DNA from: Candidatus Niyogibacteria bacterium
GTDB lineage: Bacteria; Patescibacteriota; Minisyncoccia; HO2-45-28
Length of the DNA stretch: 64,000 nt
NCBI GenBank assembly: GCA_016432485.1
Contig: CP066691.1
Location: 281,762 to 345,761 of the forward strand
Reading direction: 5' to 3'
Within the stretch, counting starts at the first letter, position 1, and every line of letters starts with the position of its first letter. The notes under the pieces were generated by a model. That model had not been told where the DNA came from. It worked only from the letters and a program-made list of their open reading frames with translations, and did not search any database. Of the stretch, positions 53,022 through 63,883 are shown in pieces. A program made the position numbers and the translations under genes.

Positions 53022-53420
53022 ATGATATATAATATGCTTATTATGGAAAATAAGAAAAAAATTGAATGGATTTTGCGTATCGGGGTTGCCGGCGAGTTTG
53101 CCGGACACGGTTTATTGGCAATAGGCGGAAAAGCAGACTGGGTAGGCTGGATCGGCCAAATGATAAAGGTCAGCGAGCCGACTGCGACAGCGCTCCTGCT
53201 CTGGGCAGGCATTTCGGACCTGATTGTGGCAACAATTATTTTGATAAAACCGATTCGTCCGGTTATTTTGTGGGCGGCTTTCTGGGGTTTTTGGACCGCT
53301 CTTGTGCGCCCTTTGGTTGGCGTGGGATGGCTGGATTTCATAGAGCGATTCGCGAACTGGGCCGCACCGTTGGCTTTATATTACTTATACCGCCTGCCGG
53401 GCAAAACAAATAATAAATAA
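53022..53420 (+). CDS. hypothetical membrane protein
   Basis: Four TM helices. The alternative overlapping ORFs (53066-53413 plus, 53018-53341 minus) are judged less likely. Confidence 0.4.
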   Translation: MIYNMLIMENKKKIEWILRIGVAGEFAGHGLLAIGGKADWVGWIGQMIKVSEPTATALLLWAGISDLIVATIILIKPIRPVILWAAFWGFWTALVRPLVGVGWLDFIERFANWAAPLALYYLYRLPGKTNNK

Positions 53421-53422
53421 TA

Positions 53423-54325
53423 TTGTTGAGAAAACTTATACTAACAGCCGCGATTTTGATGCCGTTATTCGCGCTGGCCTCTGCCCTGACCAACGCCGGC
53501 TTCCTGCAAGGCGGCATTTGGTATTCCAAAGACCCGTTTTTTGCCGGAGAAACCGTCAGGATTTATGCCGCGCTTTTTAATAGCGGTCCGGATGACATTT
53601 CCGGAACCGTTGAATTTTTTGACAATCAAAAATCAATAGGCGTTTCTGATTTTTTTGTGGAACGCGGAGGAAAATTCACCCAAGTATGGAACGATTGGAA
53701 AGCTGCCGAAGGCCAACATTCCATAGAAGCGAAAATAATAAAAGCGTCTCTCTTACGGGTGGGAAAGCCGCCCATAGCAGTTGAACTGGCAAAACAAAAA
53801 ACTCAAAGTAGTTCGCTTTCAATACAAAAAGACACCGACGGCGACCTGATAGGAAACGACAGCGACCCCGATGATGATAATGACGGCATTCCGGACATTG
53901 AAGAAATAAAAAACGGCACGGATCCATTGATCTCAAATCCGCGAGCGCAAAAAAAGGAAAACGTCATTCCGGATAACGAAGAACCAGAAAAAAATATCAC
54001 GGATGAATTGATTTCTTTGCTGCCGCGAGATTCGGAACCGCAAATATCGGCGGCCAGGAACGCGGTAAAGGAGGTATTGGCGCCGACCGTGGAATTTTTG
54101 GAAGAAAAAAAGAATGAAGTCAGAAAACGGCTGCAAGCCTTAGCCCAAAATCCGCAAGCCGATTCAAAAGAAAAAATAATAGATTATTCTTACCTCTCCG
54201 CGCTGACGGCCGCGTCTTTTATTTTTAAAAACGAAGTCGTCTTATATATCGTGGCGGCCTTTGCGGCCTATCTTGTCTTAAAAATGATATTTCGCAGGAT
54301 TTTCAGAAGATTCCACAGGCCCTAA
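53423..54325 (+). CDS. secreted protein with thrombospondin-type-3-like Asp-rich calcium-binding repeats and a C-terminal TM anchor
   Basis: Signal peptide; DTDGDLIGNDSDPDDDNDGIPDIEE; C-terminal hydrophobic helix. Confidence 0.5.
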   Translation: MLRKLILTAAILMPLFALASALTNAGFLQGGIWYSKDPFFAGETVRIYAALFNSGPDDISGTVEFFDNQKSIGVSDFFVERGGKFTQVWNDWKAAEGQHSIEAKIIKASLLRVGKPPIAVELAKQKTQSSSLSIQKDTDGDLIGNDSDPDDDNDGIPDIEEIKNGTDPLISNPRAQKKENVIPDNEEPEKNITDELISLLPRDSEPQISAARNAVKEVLAPTVEFLEEKKNEVRKRLQALAQNPQADSKEKIIDYSYLSALTAASFIFKNEVVLYIVAAFAAYLVLKMIFRRIFRRFHRP

Positions 54326-54334
54326 AGACCTCCT

Positions 54335-54362
54335 TGACATTGTATCTGGCCTATGATAAGAT
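54335..54362 (+). promoter_or_regulatory. candidate promoter for csp (TTGACA, 16 nt, TAAGAT) with a long 5' UTR
   Basis: TTGACA at 54335-54340; about 100-nt leader, as is typical for cold-shock genes. Confidence 0.35.
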
Positions 54363-54462
54363 GGACTTAATCAAATCAGGGCTGTAAGAGAAACGGGGGT
54401 CGGGTTTTGTTCTACAGCAAGCTGTTTTTGAGGAATTATTTAATTTATTCCTTTCACAATAA

Positions 54463-54663
54463 ATGAACGAGGGAACAATTGCTCGACTGACTGACCGAGG
54501 CTTCGGGTTCATCGCTCGCGCGGGTGAAGAAAAAGATCTTTTCTTCCACTCAAACGAGCTTCAGAACGTAAAGTTCGATGAGCTCAAAGAGGGGGACAAA
54601 GTCACTTTTGAGATTGCTGAAGGTCCTAAAGGCCTTAGCGCTGTAAAAGTTAACCGAGTGTAA
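54463..54663 (+). CDS. cspA: cold-shock protein (CspA family)
   Basis: RNP motifs GFGFI and FFH within a 66-aa cold-shock domain. Confidence 0.9.
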   Translation: MNEGTIARLTDRGFGFIARAGEEKDLFFHSNELQNVKFDELKEGDKVTFEIAEGPKGLSAVKVNRV

Positions 54664-54707
54664 CTAAAACAAAAATCCGTCTCGCGTCCGCGGGACGGGT
54701 TTTTGTT

Positions 54708-55463
54708 TTGGTGTATAATATAATTGATCATATGGCCTCAATATTTGTCGTAACGCCGACCTATAACGAAAGGGATAATCTGGAAAAGCTCGTCAAAAAA
54801 ATAATCGGCGCCGGAATCGCGAGCCTCAAAATAATCGTGGTTGATGACAATTCTCCGGACGGCACCGGAGAACTGGCCGAGAAGCTGGCCAAAATTTATC
54901 CGCTAAAAGTCCTGCACCGCGCGAACAAATCCGGCCTCGGCACCGCCTATGTCCACGCTTTTAAAAAAATACTAAGCGGCGAATTTAACGATGGGGGCCT
55001 GCCCGATTATATCGTGCAAATTGACGCCGATTTATCGCACGACCCCGAGGTAATTATGCGAATGCTTGCCAAAATGCCGGAATGCGACGTGGTTTTGGGA
55101 TCGCGCTACATCCCGGGCGGAGAAATAAAAAATTGGGGCTTTCTGCGCCGGCTGATCAGCCGCTTCGGCAATATATACGCGCGTTTAATCCTTGCCCTCC
55201 CCCATCAAGACCTGACCGGAGGATTTAAATGCTGGAAAAAAGAGGCTCTGGCGGCCATAGACTGGAATTCCCTTTCTTCAATCGGCTACAATTTTCAGAT
55301 TGAGACCACTTATCGCGCTTACAAAAAGGGATTTAAGATTTGTGAAATCCCGATAATTTTTACCGAGCGCAAAACCGGCGTTTCAAAATTCAATCCCAAA
55401 ATAATCCTTGAAAGTTTCTGGAAAGTGCTGGTTTTGAGGTTTAAAAATAGAAAAAATAAATAA
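54708..55463 (+). CDS. GT2 polyprenol-phosphate mannosyltransferase (DPM-synthase-like)
   Basis: VVTPTYNE, VDDNSPDGT and DADLSHDP motifs. Confidence 0.8.
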   Translation: MVYNIIDHMASIFVVTPTYNERDNLEKLVKKIIGAGIASLKIIVVDDNSPDGTGELAEKLAKIYPLKVLHRANKSGLGTAYVHAFKKILSGEFNDGGLPDYIVQIDADLSHDPEVIMRMLAKMPECDVVLGSRYIPGGEIKNWGFLRRLISRFGNIYARLILALPHQDLTGGFKCWKKEALAAIDWNSLSSIGYNFQIETTYRAYKKGFKICEIPIIFTERKTGVSKFNPKIILESFWKVLVLRFKNRKNK

Positions 55464-55494
55464 ATTCATACGTACATCTTTTTTGTACGATTTT

Positions 55495-56925
55495 TTATTT
55501 CCTCCCGAATATAATATATCTTTCACGAATAACTTGAATATTGTACTCGCCGGAAAGCGCGTAAGAATCGGCATAAGACTGCAAGGCCTCGGGATTGTAA
55601 AAACCGAATAAATCCCCGCCGTCTATGATAACCGCATCCGGACGGAAAGGCTTACCGTCGACCCAAAAAGGTTCGCTGCCAAGCATATAAACACGCTCGC
55701 GCTTTGCCAGATGCGGCAAAATATTGGCATGGGCGGAAACTGATATCTCCCCGGGAATATTTTTAACGATTTGCCGCAGAGTCTGGCGGCGTTCATTTGA
55801 TTTAAAAATTTCTGTCGGAAAATAAAAGGGACTGACGGGAGAACGAAATAAAAATCCGGCAAGTATGACGGCGGCAAACAGCCATTTTACCCAAATTATT
55901 TTTTCAGGCCAAATTTTTAATAAGGACTTAAGGCCGTAAACCGAGGATATAAAAATTCCGGCGATGAGCATTGAGTCATATTGATAAAATCCTGAAAATT
56001 GGCTGGAAAAATTGGTCAAAAGATTTTCCAGAAGCCCCGGAACTAAAAGTAAAAGGGAAAGCGGGCGGATAAACGGCAAAAATAAAACCGGAAAAAAAAT
56101 CCAAAATAAATAAGTGAGTTTCGGCGCGGTAAAAGCCGTTTTGAAAAAAAGCGGCGGATGCGTAAATAAATTTCGCGCAATCTCCGAAAAACTTCCGCCA
56201 AGCGCGGCATATCGGTCAAGACGCAACAACCCCCCTCCGAAAACCGGCATAATCAATTTAACTGAAATTATAAAATAGCCCAGCGCCGCGGCCGCGACCC
56301 ACAAACCATTTTTTCTTTCGTCCCTTTGTCGCCAATGTAAAACGGCCAAAAATAAACCGCTAAACGCGACTGCTAAAATGGCGTCTTCCTGGGTGACAGA
56401 TGCCAAAACCATAAATACCCAAAACCAGAGCCATTTTTTTTCGTTAAAAAAATAAAAAGCCGCAAGCAGCGCCGGAATCAAAAAAGCTATCGGATGAAAA
56501 TCAAAAAAATTTACCCAGTGAAGCGCGGGATATAAAAGGTACCCGAAGGCGATAATTAAAGCCGAACCCCTGCGCTCCAGAACTTTTTTGGCAAACAGAT
56601 AGAGCGGCAGCGCGCCAAGGGCAAGCGCCAATGTCTGAATAATCAGCAGGTAATAAGCGCTGGGGAAAACCAAAAAACCCGGAAGCAAAACAAAAATAAT
56701 CGGACTCATGTGAACCCCCAGATGGTTCGACACTTCTTCAATACTGTTTTGCATTATTCTGCCTTGAGCCGTGTTCCAGAAGGTCTGAAAAAAAATTCCC
56801 ATATCCCAGGCCTGCGTTTGAAAATCGTAGTGGCGCGCGACGGAAACAGAGCCGACAACCGCGATATAAACGAAAATCGCGGCTAAAACCGCAAAAAACG
56901 CCTTTCGCTCGCTTAAAATTTTCAT
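55495..56925 (-). CDS. polytopic membrane protein (DUF2079-like, putative glycosyltransferase/flippase-type)
   Basis: About 12 TM helices plus a C-terminal soluble domain. Confidence 0.4.
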   Translation of the reverse strand: MKILSERKAFFAVLAAIFVYIAVVGSVSVARHYDFQTQAWDMGIFFQTFWNTAQGRIMQNSIEEVSNHLGVHMSPIIFVLLPGFLVFPSAYYLLIIQTLALALGALPLYLFAKKVLERRGSALIIAFGYLLYPALHWVNFFDFHPIAFLIPALLAAFYFFNEKKWLWFWVFMVLASVTQEDAILAVAFSGLFLAVLHWRQRDERKNGLWVAAAALGYFIISVKLIMPVFGGGLLRLDRYAALGGSFSEIARNLFTHPPLFFKTAFTAPKLTYLFWIFFPVLFLPFIRPLSLLLLVPGLLENLLTNFSSQFSGFYQYDSMLIAGIFISSVYGLKSLLKIWPEKIIWVKWLFAAVILAGFLFRSPVSPFYFPTEIFKSNERRQTLRQIVKNIPGEISVSAHANILPHLAKRERVYMLGSEPFWVDGKPFRPDAVIIDGGDLFGFYNPEALQSYADSYALSGEYNIQVIRERYIIFGRK

Positions 56926-56954
56926 ATATAAAGAATATAATATAATAATCCTTT

Positions 56955-58586
56955 ATGAAAACCAGAAATTGGCTAATTTTGATACTTATACTTGCCGCGG
57001 TTTTACGTTTTTGGGGGCTCTCCCGAGGCGACACCGTAAACGATGAGGTCTTTTATGGATTTCGGGCCGTCGGCCTTATGGATTTTGACGAGGCAGCCGA
57101 ACAAACAACGCCTCTTGAATGGCTTGATCCGAACATCCCCTCATGGACCAAACTCTCCTTCCACGACCATCCGCCGCTGGTATTCTGGGTCCAGCATTTC
57201 TCCATTTTGCTTTTCGGAGAAAATAATTTTGCTCTGCGCTTTCCGTCAGCCGTACTGGGCATTTTATCGGTTTATCTTTTGTATTTAATCGGCCGGCGGC
57301 TTTACTCGGCGCGCGCCGGCTTGGTGGCCGCGGCCTTAATGGCCGTAACGCTCAACTCGGTTTATATTTCGCGGACAGGACTGCAGGAAGCATTCGTGAT
57401 ATTTTTCCTGCTTTTGGCGTCTTATTTTTTTCTGCGCTCGCTTGATGAAGAAAATTATCTAATCTGGCTTGGCGCCGCGCTCGGACTCGGATTTTTGACA
57501 AAATATAACGTTTTTGTGCTTGTTCCGATTTTTACAACCTATTTGCTATTTTTCAGGCGCGATTATTTTTTGAATAAAAAATTGTGGCTCGGCGGGGCGC
57601 TGGCCGCGATTATTTTCAGCCCGGTGATAATTTACAATATTAAACTTTACCAAACGGTCGGGCATTTTGACTTTCAATTTTCTTATATTTTCGGCCAAAA
57701 TCCAGAGGTCTGGAAAATCGCTCCGGGCAAAGAAATCGGGGGCCTTACGGACCGACTTAAGAACTTCGTTTTGCGCTTTATCGCAAGCAATTCGTGGCTG
57801 TTTCTCGGGATTTTCGCGGCGGCGGCATCTGCGGCACTTGTAGGTGCGATAAAGAAACGAAAAGAGTTTTTAAAAGAAAATTCCTTTCTTCTTCTTGCCT
57901 CCGCTTACTTGCTTTTGTTACTAGCCGCAATCGGCCCCTCATACCGCTTTTTAACCATGCTTACGCCGTTTATGGCCCTTGGCACCGGAGTTTTTCTGAA
58001 TTACATTTATAAAAGCAAAATTTTTCTTCTCGCTCTCGGTGTATTTCTTGCGTTTGAAATTTTTTATTCTTTCAACAACCAAATCACCTACTACCCCATC
58101 GGGCCCCAGCTGTGGCTTTCTTCAAAAGTCCGCTATGAAAATTACAACTGGGGTTATAACGCGCTCGGAGATTTTTTTAAAAAAGAACTCAAAGAAAAAA
58201 TGCCGGCTATAAGATTTGACGCGCGCTATAAATTTATTGAAAAAGCGCAGGATAAATCTTTAGAGCTTGCTCAAAAAAACGGCTTTGAACCGTTCCCGGC
58301 TATGATTATAACCTACGGCAATTTTGACCGCGGAGCGAAACTCTGGGTTTTAGACCGGCTGCATATTTATCACGGCTGGCCGGTGATTGATCTGGATACC
58401 TATTTTAAGTATTTATCCGAAAACGGCCCTGACTATTACGAGCGAGTTGGTTTTAAGCATTACTATTTCGTGTTGGCTGCTAATATCGTTCCCTCTTACG
58501 AATTCCAAAAAATAGTCGGGGATACCAAATCCTTGAGCGTTTTAAATCCTCGGGGTGATGAGACGTTTAGGATCTATAAATTTTAA
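56955..58586 (+). CDS. PMT/ArnT-family (GT39/GT83-like) membrane glycosyltransferase
   Basis: N-terminal DE-containing loop (VNDEVFYGF), 10 or more TM helices, C-terminal soluble domain. Confidence 0.6.
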   Translation: MKTRNWLILILILAAVLRFWGLSRGDTVNDEVFYGFRAVGLMDFDEAAEQTTPLEWLDPNIPSWTKLSFHDHPPLVFWVQHFSILLFGENNFALRFPSAVLGILSVYLLYLIGRRLYSARAGLVAAALMAVTLNSVYISRTGLQEAFVIFFLLLASYFFLRSLDEENYLIWLGAALGLGFLTKYNVFVLVPIFTTYLLFFRRDYFLNKKLWLGGALAAIIFSPVIIYNIKLYQTVGHFDFQFSYIFGQNPEVWKIAPGKEIGGLTDRLKNFVLRFIASNSWLFLGIFAAAASAALVGAIKKRKEFLKENSFLLLASAYLLLLLAAIGPSYRFLTMLTPFMALGTGVFLNYIYKSKIFLLALGVFLAFEIFYSFNNQITYYPIGPQLWLSSKVRYENYNWGYNALGDFFKKELKEKMPAIRFDARYKFIEKAQDKSLELAQKNGFEPFPAMIITYGNFDRGAKLWVLDRLHIYHGWPVIDLDTYFKYLSENGPDYYERVGFKHYYFVLAANIVPSYEFQKIVGDTKSLSVLNPRGDETFRIYKF

Positions 58587-59755
58587 CTGTAACCGTCAAG
58601 TTTATGCGCTTTTGAATGCTGGCGGATTCTTTCAAGGGCTTTGGCCTCAATCTGGCGGATGCGTTCGCGAGTAACGCCGAATTCTTTGCCTACTTCCTCC
58701 AGAGTGTGGGTTATGGCGTCTTCCAGACCGAAACGCATTTTTAAAATCTTCTGCTCTCTGGGCGTAAGATCAACTATTATATCGCGAAGCTGGTCTTTTA
58801 AAAGTTTTCGCGCGGTTTCTTGATCGGGAGAAAGAATAGTATCGTCCATTATAAACTCACCCAGCGTTGAATCCTCTTCGTCCTCGCCCACTGGAGCGTC
58901 AATTGAAATCGTATCCTGCGAAATCTTCTGAATATGATGAATTTTTTCAACCTCAAGACCCATTTCATCGGCAATTTCTTCAGCCAGCGGGTCGCGCCCC
59001 AAATCCTGCGTTAATCTGCGCACGGCCTGCTGATATTTTGAAATGGTTTCAACCATATGCACCGGAATACGAATGGTGCGCGCCTGGTCTGCCAGCGCCC
59101 TGGTAATAGCCTGCCGAATCCACCAGGTGGCGTAAGTCGAAAACTTGAATCCGCGCCTCCAGTCAAATTTTTCCACAGCGCGGAATAAACCGATATTCCC
59201 TTCCTGAATCAGATCCAGAAGAGTGAGATTCGGGGAGCGTCCGGCGTAACGCTTGGCGATTGACACCACCAAACGCAGGTTGGCTAAAGCCAGACGATTC
59301 TTGGCGTCTTCGTCTCCTTTTTCTATTTTTCTGGCCAGTTCCTTTTCGTCCTCAGCGCTAAGTAACGGTATTTTCCCTATTTCACGAAGATACATCTGCA
59401 CCGAATCCGTACCCGTAAGCTCCAGCGCCTCGCGCAGCTTAACCTGGCGCGTCTTTTTTTCCTCAACTTCCAGCAGGTCTTTGCCTTCAACCACATCAAT
59501 ACCGGCCTCCTGCAAACGGTTATAAAGATCTTCAAGAAAAAGAATGTTGCGTTCAATATGGTGAAACTTGGACAGTATTTCACCATAGGTTACAAATCCT
59601 CGGATTCTTCCGCGCTTAATGAGTTCAGCGACTTTTTCCTCGCTAAACTCCTTTTTAGCCGAGAATCTGCCTGCCGCGGATAACTTGGGCTTTTTTGCAG
59701 ACTTGGCCCCGGGCCTTTTTTTGGCCCTGGATTTTGATTTGATCTTTTTAGGCAT
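58583..59755 (-). CDS. rpoD: RNA polymerase primary sigma factor (sigma-70)
   Basis: Region 2 [10 protein letters not shown]...[12 protein letters not shown]; regions 3 and 4 present. Confidence 0.9.
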   Translation of the reverse strand: MPKKIKSKSRAKKRPGAKSAKKPKLSAAGRFSAKKEFSEEKVAELIKRGRIRGFVTYGEILSKFHHIERNILFLEDLYNRLQEAGIDVVEGKDLLEVEEKKTRQVKLREALELTGTDSVQMYLREIGKIPLLSAEDEKELARKIEKGDEDAKNRLALANLRLVVSIAKRYAGRSPNLTLLDLIQEGNIGLFRAVEKFDWRRGFKFSTYATWWIRQAITRALADQARTIRIPVHMVETISKYQQAVRRLTQDLGRDPLAEEIADEMGLEVEKIHHIQKISQDTISIDAPVGEDEEDSTLGEFIMDDTILSPDQETARKLLKDQLRDIIVDLTPREQKILKMRFGLEDAITHTLEEVGKEFGVTRERIRQIEAKALERIRQHSKAHKLDGYS

Positions 59756-59821
59756 GTAAATATCTATCTTACATTAAATTGCCGGACATTTCAACTTAAA
59801 AACTATTTAATTTTAACGGCG

Positions 59822-61555
59822 CTAAAGGGAGTTAAGTTCGGCTGAAACGGCCTTGAATTCGTTAAATTTTTTCTCAAGTTCTTCTTTACCTCCGGAATCC
59901 TCCAGCTCTCTGACCGATTCCCCGAGCTTGATCAGCCGGTTTTTCAAATGTTCTTTTTGAAGTTCTTTGGCTAAATTTTTAAACTGGTCCGACAGATTAT
60001 CTTCTAGAGAGTAAATCACTTCGGCTTCAAGCGCCAATTTTTTGACGTAGTGATCTTCGGCCGCGCTACCTTGCGCGCTTGATTCAAAAATATGCCGGCG
60101 TTCCGGAGAAAACCAATCAGCCCGACAATCACCAAAAACCGTTGACAAATCATTTCTTCGCCATGCGGCCAGACCTATTAGCCTTTCCTCTAAAAGGCTT
60201 TTGCGGCTTCGCGTTTGCGGGCGAATTTCATAAGCCGCATCTTTTGAATCAGGCTTTGCTTTTATTCTTTTGAGCTCCTGCCAAACATTTTCTTCGCGCA
60301 TTTTAAGGGCGCTTGCGACTTCGCCGACCCAATGGGCCTTATCTATTTCGCTCGGCATAGCGGAAATATACGGCAATACGGATCGCCCCGCTTCTTTTTT
60401 AAAGGCAAGGACATCTTTATGCTTTGAAGCCAAGGTTTTCAGCAGAAACGCGACAATCGGCTCGGCTTTTTCCAAAACAACCGGCCAGCTTTCGGGGTTT
60501 TCTTTTATTAAATCAGCCGGATCTTTTACTTCCGGTATCAAAACTATTTTTACGTCAAATCCGCAGGTCAAAGCCAGGTCAAGGCTTTTTTTCGTGGCCT
60601 CAAAGCCGGCGTTATCCATATCAAAAGACATAATTAAGGTATCGCAAAGCCGTTTAATGCTTATTAGATGCTGCATGGTTAAAGCCGTTCCGGAAACAGC
60701 CACGGCGTTAACGACGCCGGCTTGATGCGACATAATCAGGTCCATTTGCCCTTCAAGAATTATTGCCGCGTTTTTTTTGCGGATTTCGGATTTCGCCCGA
60801 TCAAAACCGTAAAGCACTCTGGATTTGTCGTAAAGGGTCGTTTGGGGGGTGTTGATATATTTTGCCGGTTCAATGTCCGCGCCGCCCGGACGCAGATCTT
60901 TCTCAAAAATTCTGCCGGAAAAACCCACAATGCGCCCCGCGCCGTCAAAAAGCGGAAACATTACGCGGGCGCGAAATCGATCGTAAAATCTGCCGGTAGC
61001 CGGCTGTTGGTCGCCGGCTGCCGCGATAGCTAATCCCGCTTTTTCTATTTCATCTTGTTTAAAACCGGCTTGTTTAAGGTGGGAAATGGTAGCGTCCCAA
61101 GAATCGGGAGCGTAGCCCAAACGAAACGATTTGGCGGTTTGCCCCGTCATGCCGCGCTCTTTTAAATACGCGCCGACATCTTTTCTTTCATATAAATTTT
61201 TTTCATAAAATGAGGCGGCTGTTTCCAGCAAATCCAGAAGGCGCGTGCGTTCGCTTCTCAATTTGGGGTCCTGGCGTTCAAGCTCCACTCCGGTTTTTTC
61301 AGCAAGAATCCGCAGAGCTTCGGGGAATTCAACTCCCTCAATATTCATTACGAATCTGAAAATGTCTCCTCCGGCGTTGCATCCGAAGCAGTGCCACATT
61401 TGGCGCGCGGGAGAAACATAGAAAGACGGCGTGCGCTCGGAGTGAAACGGGCAGACGGCCTTAAAGTTGACGCCGGCTTTTTCCAGCTTGATATAGGAAC
61501 CGACAAGTTCGGCAACATCCATTTTTTCTTTTATTCTCTCTACGGGCGAAGGCAT
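59822..61555 (-). CDS. dnaG: DNA primase
   Basis: Zinc ribbon CPFHSE...CFGC plus TOPRIM motifs (EGQMD, DMDNAG). Confidence 0.9.
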   Translation of the reverse strand: MPSPVERIKEKMDVAELVGSYIKLEKAGVNFKAVCPFHSERTPSFYVSPARQMWHCFGCNAGGDIFRFVMNIEGVEFPEALRILAEKTGVELERQDPKLRSERTRLLDLLETAASFYEKNLYERKDVGAYLKERGMTGQTAKSFRLGYAPDSWDATISHLKQAGFKQDEIEKAGLAIAAAGDQQPATGRFYDRFRARVMFPLFDGAGRIVGFSGRIFEKDLRPGGADIEPAKYINTPQTTLYDKSRVLYGFDRAKSEIRKKNAAIILEGQMDLIMSHQAGVVNAVAVSGTALTMQHLISIKRLCDTLIMSFDMDNAGFEATKKSLDLALTCGFDVKIVLIPEVKDPADLIKENPESWPVVLEKAEPIVAFLLKTLASKHKDVLAFKKEAGRSVLPYISAMPSEIDKAHWVGEVASALKMREENVWQELKRIKAKPDSKDAAYEIRPQTRSRKSLLEERLIGLAAWRRNDLSTVFGDCRADWFSPERRHIFESSAQGSAAEDHYVKKLALEAEVIYSLEDNLSDQFKNLAKELQKEHLKNRLIKLGESVRELEDSGGKEELEKKFNEFKAVSAELNSL

Positions 61556-61706
61556 AAAGTTATCTAAAATCTAGCAGATTTTTGACTTTCGGGCAATGTA
61601 AAGAGCCGCAAGCTCAAAAAAATCCTCATGAAATCGGCCTTGCCTTGGGCCTAAAAAACTGCTAGTTTTTTGACAGACCCGTTACTTAACAGCAAAGGGA
61701 CAAACA

Positions 61707-62819
61707 GTGATGAAACCAAAAATCAGATTTAATGAAAAACGAGCGCTTGATATTTTTCGTATTCTGGCCGACTTGTGGAAAAAACGCGCGGGAATTTTCC
61801 AGGGAGTTCTTCTTCCGCAAGAAAAATGGCTCCTGCCGAGCTCCACTGATTCTCGCGATTATGCTAATTGGCTTTTTTTTGCTTCCATGCCGATGCGCGG
61901 CGGAATCATGTCCGAATTGCCGTTCAAATTATGGTGGACTCTGCAAAGAAAAACGCCCGAACTTTTTCGTCCGGAAATAATTTCAAAGGATTTCTCGCCG
62001 AAAACAATACTTGAGGTCGTGCGCCTGACGCTTTTGGAGATTCTTGAAGAAAACGGGGCGCCTTTGCCGGCAAACGGCGATGATTTTGGGTTCAAACTGG
62101 ATGAATTATCCCGCTGGTGGCACCAAAACGCAAAAACGCTCAATCAATGTTGGGGAAACAGTGTGTTAAACATTTTTAACGGCGCGCGCGAATTTGAGGG
62201 AGCTTTCGCCAAAATATCCCCGAACGGAAAATCGCCGGATGGTTTTCGCGGAGTGCGAAGAAAAATCTTTTCTCTTTTCGTAATCTGGCTCCAGGAAAGA
62301 AATCTCATTCCGATTTTTCCCGCGCCCATCCCAGTGGATTTTCACGCCATAAGAGTGCTGTGGGCAACAGAAATTCTGGATTTAAGCGGCATCGCCAAAC
62401 CATTTGAACCGAAAACGGAAGGGCAAAAAAAGCTCGCAGTCATTGCCGGTTTGCCGACGATAAGAGTTTCTGAAAAATTTACGGACGCGATTGCGATATG
62501 GTCGCAAAAATTCCTGCAAAAACACGGAATTTCACACCTCAATATCAATCCCGCGCTCTGGGTTTTAAGCCGCGACTTTTGCAAATGGCAAATCCAAAAT
62601 AAAATTCGCGGAGGCGGAACACTATTTTTTTCCGCCGAAACGCTGGAAAAAAATCCGGAACTCTGGCCGACCAAACATAACAACCCGTGCAAACTGTGTC
62701 CGATTGAGAAGTTTTGCACCGGGGTTGTTCCCAACCACCCATATTCAAGGCAGGGATTGCTTGCGCGAGGAAGACGAGCCAAACATCCTCAACTGGAACT
62801 AATCCTGGAAGGGAGGTGA
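61707..62819 (+). CDS. hypothetical protein with an EndoIII-like VDxHxxRV motif and a C-terminal Cys cluster
   Basis: PVDFHAIRV and CKLCPIEKFC (C-x2-C-x5-C). Confidence 0.35.
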   Translation: MMKPKIRFNEKRALDIFRILADLWKKRAGIFQGVLLPQEKWLLPSSTDSRDYANWLFFASMPMRGGIMSELPFKLWWTLQRKTPELFRPEIISKDFSPKTILEVVRLTLLEILEENGAPLPANGDDFGFKLDELSRWWHQNAKTLNQCWGNSVLNIFNGAREFEGAFAKISPNGKSPDGFRGVRRKIFSLFVIWLQERNLIPIFPAPIPVDFHAIRVLWATEILDLSGIAKPFEPKTEGQKKLAVIAGLPTIRVSEKFTDAIAIWSQKFLQKHGISHLNINPALWVLSRDFCKWQIQNKIRGGGTLFFSAETLEKNPELWPTKHNNPCKLCPIEKFCTGVVPNHPYSRQGLLARGRRAKHPQLELILEGR

Positions 62820-62824
62820 AATAA

Positions 62825-63832
62825 TTGTCCGGATATTCGGCGCCGGACTTAGTAAAAAGAGATGTTGCTTCAATACTTAGATGGGCGGAAGTGACTATAG
62901 AAATTACTCCTGCCGGCGTTGAAGAACATGTTAATCCGGATCCCGGCCTTAGAGTTATCGGCGTGATAGGCCAAGGAGCCAGTGGCCACAAAAATCTCTG
63001 CGGTCAAAAGTTTGAAAAAGCCGTCCTTATGGAAATCGGCATAAGCCGAGGACGCCCCTACGGCGCGACTGTAACGCCAATTGATTCTTTTGACCCTGAA
63101 ATGCCCAAAACACTTGCCAGACGACGAGGCGAATATTTTTCCATCACCGAAGAACAATATATTCAAGCAGCGCCATACCTCTGGGAACATATCCAGCGCA
63201 TTGCCGATGAACGAATCAGTAGATGGAAACGCGGCCCAAAATATCCAATTAAATTGCCGACTCAACGCACTTTTATGCACGCGCTCACCCATAAAATCAG
63301 ACAATACTTATTTCTCTGGCGTCCCCAACCCAAAGGAGCGCGATTCAGTGTTTCCAAACACGATACATATTTAATTCAAGATATTTTCTTCGCCGAGCTT
63401 TCGTGCAATCCGCAATTTAGGCGCGCGGTAACGGGACTTGCTAAATTCATCCATCAAGTTTTCAGCCGCTTGCGCTACGGCGCCAGCGATAAAAACCTGT
63501 ACGCGCTGGTCGAAAATATCAAAGAGCGCGGAATTCCGACTCGTATTATTTACGAAGCGCGCAGTTTCGCGTTGAATAACCTGCGCATAATTCCGGGTTA
63601 TGATGCGGAGGAAGCAATTCCTCTCTGGAAAATATTTTTTGAAAAACTCGGCCTGCCCGACTTAGAGATTTGCCCGGAACGGGCTCTTGCCGACGGCGCG
63701 CTTCCCGGCGCGCATGAACGCCTCGGTAATGTCCGGCTTCGTGTAAGCACCGGAATAGATGCAAATAAAAATTATGTAGTTTTTGAGGTCTATTCATCCG
63801 CCAAACTTAATACGGGTGTCAATAAAACATAA
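62825..63832 (+). CDS. hypothetical protein
   Basis: 335 aa; starts 5 nt after the upstream gene; no recognisable family. Confidence 0.4.
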   Translation: MSGYSAPDLVKRDVASILRWAEVTIEITPAGVEEHVNPDPGLRVIGVIGQGASGHKNLCGQKFEKAVLMEIGISRGRPYGATVTPIDSFDPEMPKTLARRRGEYFSITEEQYIQAAPYLWEHIQRIADERISRWKRGPKYPIKLPTQRTFMHALTHKIRQYLFLWRPQPKGARFSVSKHDTYLIQDIFFAELSCNPQFRRAVTGLAKFIHQVFSRLRYGASDKNLYALVENIKERGIPTRIIYEARSFALNNLRIIPGYDAEEAIPLWKIFFEKLGLPDLEICPERALADGALPGAHERLGNVRLRVSTGIDANKNYVVFEVYSSAKLNTGVNKT

Positions 63833-63883
63833 CCGCGACCGGCAAAATCCGCCGGCCGCTTTTAATTTATTTTTTAATTTTAA

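Noticed and set aside
53018-53420. Three mutually overlapping ORFs (53018-53341 minus, 53022-53420 plus, 53066-53413 plus)
   Set aside because: Only the 53022-53420 plus frame gives a coherent multi-TM membrane protein contiguous with the downstream plus-strand gene. The others are treated as artefacts, with low confidence.
61562-61663. Repeated CTAGCAGATTTTTGAC and CTGCTAGTTTTTTGAC in the dnaG/61707 divergent intergenic region, a possible shared regulator site
   Set aside because: They are most simply two TTGAC -35-like boxes for divergent promoters. The similarity is short and not palindromic.
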